In this document: piece by piece, positions 59,017-64,000 of the stretch | How positions within the stretch are numbered: the first letter of the stretch is position 1 | Layout of the letters: every line of letters starts with the position of its first letter | Assembly: GCA_030704615.1 (NCBI GenBank) | Contig: CM060731.1 | Span: 83,948,001 to 84,012,000 of the forward strand | Direction of reading: 5' to 3' | From: Takakia lepidozioides | Lineage: Eukaryota > Plantae > Bryophyta | Length of the DNA stretch: 64,000 bases | Notes under the pieces: generated by a model | The model's input: the letters and a program-made list of their open reading frames with translations, nothing else | What the model was told of the DNA's origin: nothing | Databases searched by the model: none | Made by a program: the position numbers and the translations under genes

Positions 59017-59878
59017 GAGACGTTTACTATTTCATGAGCAGAAACCATGAGGCATGAGCCATGAGCCGCATGAGCGGTGAGCCGAAGTCTAAGACACGTA
59101 CTTTTCATGAGCGGACTTCTCCAAATTTGGAAATGCGGCAGATTAAAAAAGTATCAAAATAATAGTTTTTAATTTGACATTGCCGTTTTTGGAAGTTCCA
59201 GATCTTGTAATGCGGCGAAGATATGTCATGAGTAAAAATTCCGCTCATGGTTTTGTAAATCTGCTCATGGAAAAAACTGACCGTACAACGAGAAATCCAG
59301 TATACCACAGCAAAAAGATGCCGCATACTGGCGTGTATAGAGTATTCCGCGGTTTTATATGCCCTAACATTGGAATGAAGCTGACCCTACGGTCACGATT
59401 GTATGATCCCCATGCAACAACACAGTCTGTAGTGCTTGAAAATTCTTGCTTCTTCCTGCATTCTGCGGGAAAGGTTTGCCACTCCACTGGGAAATGCGGT
59501 GCCGCATTACGGTTCGCACGTGTTCTGAGGGGTTCAGTGTTCTCGACAGTCGGCAACCTGAAGACTCGGTGCGACTATCTTACTATGACCAAGGCCACAA
59601 CTACCAGTACCTACTATGTTACTTGGAAATGCGGTGCGCCGCATTTCCTTGCCGGGGGTGGTAAGCAAAGTTTGGGAGAGCAGAAAAACAAGAACCCCCA
59701 AAAAAAACAAAAATCCAGGCACGTGGAAACAGAAGGTAATGGCATAGTATTATCTTAGTTTGACCAAAATAGGTTATTGGTAGGCAAGACATAAGTCACT
59801 TGCAGCAGTACAGTTCTACTATAACTGAAACTCCAAAAATGATGGGCGTAACATTGTCTTGTGCCCCGCAAGCCAAGC

Positions 59879-61113
59879 TCACTGATCCCCTGGATCCATA
59901 TTCAGAAAAATGTATATCTCGTCGGGGCTCAACGCTGGTGCATGTATGAAGTGATGAGTTGTGGAATTACACCGGAGTTTCTTTAGGTACACGTAGTACA
60001 GATGCTTGCAAGGGTAGTATGATGCTCCCTTCTTTGCCATGATTTGGAAGTCGGTGCAATTGGAGGTGGGTAATTCTGAAATGGTGATGGTGTACACCTC
60101 ATTGCGAACAACTAAGCCTGCCGTGGCCATCTCATACACACGCTCGAAGCCTGGTGGGGGCACTTCTGTTGAGCTCTGGATTGTACAGTTCATCCCAAGT
60201 GCATTCCCCATCCTTGTCTCGTTCACTTTTGAGGGAGGTCGCCGTCTCTTCGGTTTCCCCCACGGTGTGTAGGATGCTTAGAGTTGTTGCGTACGTTTGT
60301 TCTTGCTCTCATAGGGGTCAGTGGTGGAGGCTATGAAACCGGAAATGGTTATCTGGGGATGTTAGTGCGCTGCACCATCTGAAATCCTGCTGCAGTAAGG
60401 GCGTCGGCCTCAACCTACTCAGATTGCATCCCGGTTCCACCGGCCACATCGGGGGAGCCTCTGACATTGCTTGTATGCCGTACTTGGGTTTTCCATAGAC
60501 ACAAGTCATAATGTCATGCCTACAGAACCAGAACTGGGTCGTCGTCGCCTCCGCAAACTTTGCATGGACAAATCTTCCCGTGAAAGTAGGAGCAGGGACA
60601 ACCCCAACTGGGTTCCTCCTTATCATCTATCCACAACGTTGTTGTGTATACTCGAATTGCAGAGCATTTGCCTCGAAACGCCGGCAGTGTATGAGCGATT
60701 CTCCATTGTGACGTGAACAAAGTCGTCTCCACAATGGGTTGCCCATACTGCATAACAGCGGGCGGAATCTGGGCAGGGAATTTCACGTACGGAATCCATG
60801 CTTGAAGGCGATGGCGATCTTGAAACTCTTGGGCTTCCATTGCTGGAAGTGACATTGCGGCAACATGACTGGACCTCGAGGTGCAGTCGCCGAGGGTATT
60901 CAAGATGGGGATCTCCAGTTTGAATTGGACATACCTTTCGTGGTATGAGATAAAGTCTGCATGTAGATGCATAAAGACGAGACCTCCAGTTCTTTTTTGG
61001 GGATTGCGGGTATTCATGGGGATTCCAGCGCACCAATGCCAGGTCTGACATCTTCTCCTTAAGGTGCAAACAATCATATTCCCGCTGCAGACATGAATGT
61101 TCAGGTCTGACAA
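59879..61113 (-). pseudogene. C-terminal transposase part with SWIM zinc finger
   Basis: YTITISELPTSNCTDF...PCKHLYYV (degenerate CxC-n-CxH). Upstream broken frames read PAPTF...FWFC..DI..CV and WPVEPG.NL. Confidence 0.7.
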
Positions 61114-61544
61114 ATGCCAGTCAAGCTAGTTAATTCATACACAAAATCAAGTTGTGTTAATAATGTGGAGCCCAAGCCGACGACACAGTCGAAGAGAAAA
61201 AAGAAAGGTTGCTATTATGTCCAGGGCACGGGTGGATGGCAGTTGCACTTTCGTGCCGACTGCCGTTCATTTGCCGTTTATTACTCTTGCACGGAAATGA
61301 GGTATTTCTGGGTGTACTTCTGGATGGATATGGGGTGCCGCAGACTGACACCAAATTGGATCCACCGAGGAGCAAGCATGGGTGGATGAACTCCAACGAT
61401 GCATTTTCGTCCAGGCTGCCATCAACATGTACCCCTTCAGTGGATTTTGGGGAAATGAGGTGGGCGGACTGCCATTCGAGCTTGCTTTCCTGACGATGGG
61501 GACGGTCGTCCCCACTACCACTTACCGTTGCCTTCATGACAGTG

Positions 61545-63372
61545 GGACAGAAATGCCGCACCGCATATCCGTCCGGACAGCCATACACCCTTGCCTTCAT
61601 GACAGAGGGGACGGATATGCGGTGCTGCATTTCAGTCCCCACTACCAGTTACCCTTGCCTCCATAATAGTAGGACGGAAATGCGGCACCGCATTTCCGTC
61701 CCACTTGCTATACACCCTTGCCTTCACGACAGTGGGGACGGAAAATCGGTTTCGCATTTCCGTCCAGACTGCCCTGAAACCCTTCCTTCATGACATTGGG
61801 GACGGAAATGCGGTGCTGCATTTCCGTCCGGACTGCCATTGGACCTTGCCTTCATGACAGTGGGGACGGACGGAAATGCGGTGCCGCATTTCCATCCGGA
61901 CTGCCATTGGACCTTGCCTTCATGACAGTGGGGACGGACGGAAATGTGGTGCCGTATTTCCGTCCAAACTGCCATTGGACCTTGCCTTCACTACAGTGGG
62001 GACGGAAATGCGGTGCCGCATTTCCATCCGGATTGCCAGAAGACCTTGCATTCATAACAGTGGGGACGCAAAAGCGGTGCCGCATTTCGGCCGTCCCCAC
62101 TACCAGTTACCCTTGCCACCATAACAGTAGGACGGAAATGCGGCACCGCATTTCCGTCCCACCTACCATACACCCATTGCCTTCTGGAAATGCGGCACCG
62201 CATTTCCGTCCCACCTACCATACACCCATTGCCTTCTGGAAATGCGGCGCCGCATTTCTTTCCAACGACGATGACTATAGAAAAAAATAAAATTAGTGTT
62301 CTTGTTTTTTTTTTCCACCACCCCCTGTGGTCGGAAATGCGGCGCCGCATTTCCATCCAACAGGAAGAGCTAGAAAAAACAAGGAAAAATTTTTTTTTGG
62401 ATTTTTTTTTCTCTACCCCCTATAGGCTGAAATGCGGCGCCGCATTTCAATCCAGCGGCGATGAAAACATTTGTACGGTTATTTTTTTTTTCCCCCTCTA
62501 CCCCCTGTTGTTGGAAATGCGGCACCGCATTTCGATCCTGCAGGGATGACTAGAGAGAGCAAGAAATAAAACCAAAAAAAAAACTCAATTATTATTATTA
62601 TTATTATTATTATTATGCCTTTCACCCCCTATGGACGCAAATGCGGTGCCGCATTTCAATCCAGCGACGATGACAAGAGGAAAAAAAAGGTTAGGGTTAT
62701 TTGTTTTCCTCTCTATACCCCCTGTTGTTGGAAATGCGGCGCCGCATTCCATCCAGCGGGGATGAGTAGAGAACAAAAACAAAAACAAAAAAAACCAACA
62801 AAAAAAACTTTTTGTTTTTTTTCCCCCGGCCCCACCACCGTATGGACGGAAATGCGGCGTCGCATTTCAATCCAGCGGGGATGACAAGAGGAAAAAAAAG
62901 GTTAGGGTTATTTTTTTTCCTCTCTATACCCCCTGTTGTTGGAAATGCAGCGCCGCATTCCATCCAGCGGGGATAAGTAGAGAACAACCAAGAAAAAAAA
63001 AAAAAAAAACCCAACAAAAAAAACATTTTTTTTTTAATTTTTTTCCCCCGGCCCCACCACCGTATGGACGGAAATGCGGCGCCGCATTTCAATTCAGCGG
63101 CGATGTCGAGAAAAAATAAAGTTAGGGTTGTTTTTTTTTCCCCCCCTCTACCCTATGTTGTTGGAAATGTGGCGCCGCATTTCCATCTAGCGCGGATGTC
63201 AAGAGAAAAAAAAAGAAAAAAAAAAACTCATAATTTTTTATTTCTTGTTTTCACCCTCTTTGGATGGAAATGCGGCACCGCATTTTAATCCAGCGGCGAT
63301 GACTAGAGGAAAAACAATCAGGGGTTATTTCCCCCCTCCCCCCTGTGGTTGAAAATGCGGCATCGCAATTCC
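61545..63372. repeat. Array of ~23 palindromes GGAAATGCGG(C/T)GCCGCATTTCC with related spacers
   Basis: Spacing is ~55-70 bp in 61545-62260 and ~85-125 bp in 62330-63370. Two more copies at ~59489 and ~59625. (ATT)n at 62588-62615. Confidence 0.93.
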
Positions 63373-64000
63373 CATCCAACACAATCCCTGTGATGCGGGC
63401 TGGAGAATGTGTGCAGGTCCATATGACATGTTAGTGGACTGGAGTAATATGAGTGAGTGAGCTGGAATGTATTGATAAGTATAGCAAGAATATAGGTATA
63501 GTATGGTGTGCGTATGCCGTTTCCTGTCTGGTGAGGGATTGTGGCTTCTTGGGGGGGGGGGGGGTCAAAGCATGTTCAGGTGTCTCATTTGAGGAACTAT
63601 TTCAAGGACAACAGCCCTATGTTTGACTATCATTAGGGTCATGGGATTATTTTGCGCTTATTTTGCTAGTTTTTCGAAATAGGTGTCCATAATAATGTGG
63701 GGTCATGGACATATCGCATACTGCCACGTCTACAAACGTCTCCATCGCGCAGCCCAAATTTCGGCACATTGCATGAGGTAGCGGCAATTTTTTCGCGATC
63801 CACTGCTACACGACAAAGACTGTGTGCAATTTTTAAACTGTACTACGCGCATCTTTGCAATAATGTCTTTCTCTCTACTGTGACGACTCCTATATGGAGT
63901 GTGAAACCCGCTCAAGTCTCGAGCGCATTCTCATGCTCCTTTCTTCGCGACGAAGTACTTGAACGTTGTTGTTGTTTCGCTTACAGTTGTTGCATTGGAA

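Larger units (their letters stand above)
59017..63742 (-). mobile_element. Internally deleted MULE-like element with SWIM-domain remnant and palindrome array
   Basis: Left end GAGACGTTTACTATTTCATGAG. Candidate right end AAACGTCTC (63734-63742) with inverted CCATGA motifs nearby. No TSD seen. Confidence 0.6.

Noticed and set aside
61545-63372. CRISPR array
   Set aside because: The spacers are homologous to each other and variable in length, there are no cas genes, and the context is eukaryotic transposons.

Overview
Eukaryotic, transposon-saturated DNA, almost certainly from a non-seed land plant (bryophyte, lycophyte or fern). This is inferred from a PLS-class PPR fragment, a Replitron, and Galadriel-like and Phygy-like Ty3 elements. 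No clearly intact host gene is present. Main components: (1) several pieces of a long APE-RT-RNaseH LINE family, possibly Dualen/RandI-like; (2) four pieces of one chromovirus Ty3/Gypsy family with 727-728 bp LTRs, a tRNA-iMet PBS, a chromodomain and a structured 3' UTR; (3) an ~11 kb LTR-less non-chromoviral Ty3 element with extra ORFs both upstream of gag and downstream of pol; (4) a frameshifted Replitron HUH transposase; (5) a MULE-like DNA transposon family (Cys-rich N-terminus, DDE core, SWIM) with CATGAG-rich ends and arrays of GGCGCC-centred palindromes; (6) a two-copy tRNA-derived T-tailed SINE; (7) a non-autonomous CACTA element, a Harbinger-type MITE and a PPR pseudogene; (8) an orphan ~540-codon exon. 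Two inversions (~0.45 kb and ~3.8 kb) can be reconstructed at their breakpoints. All family assignments come from motifs read by eye and from recalled family features; no database search was run.
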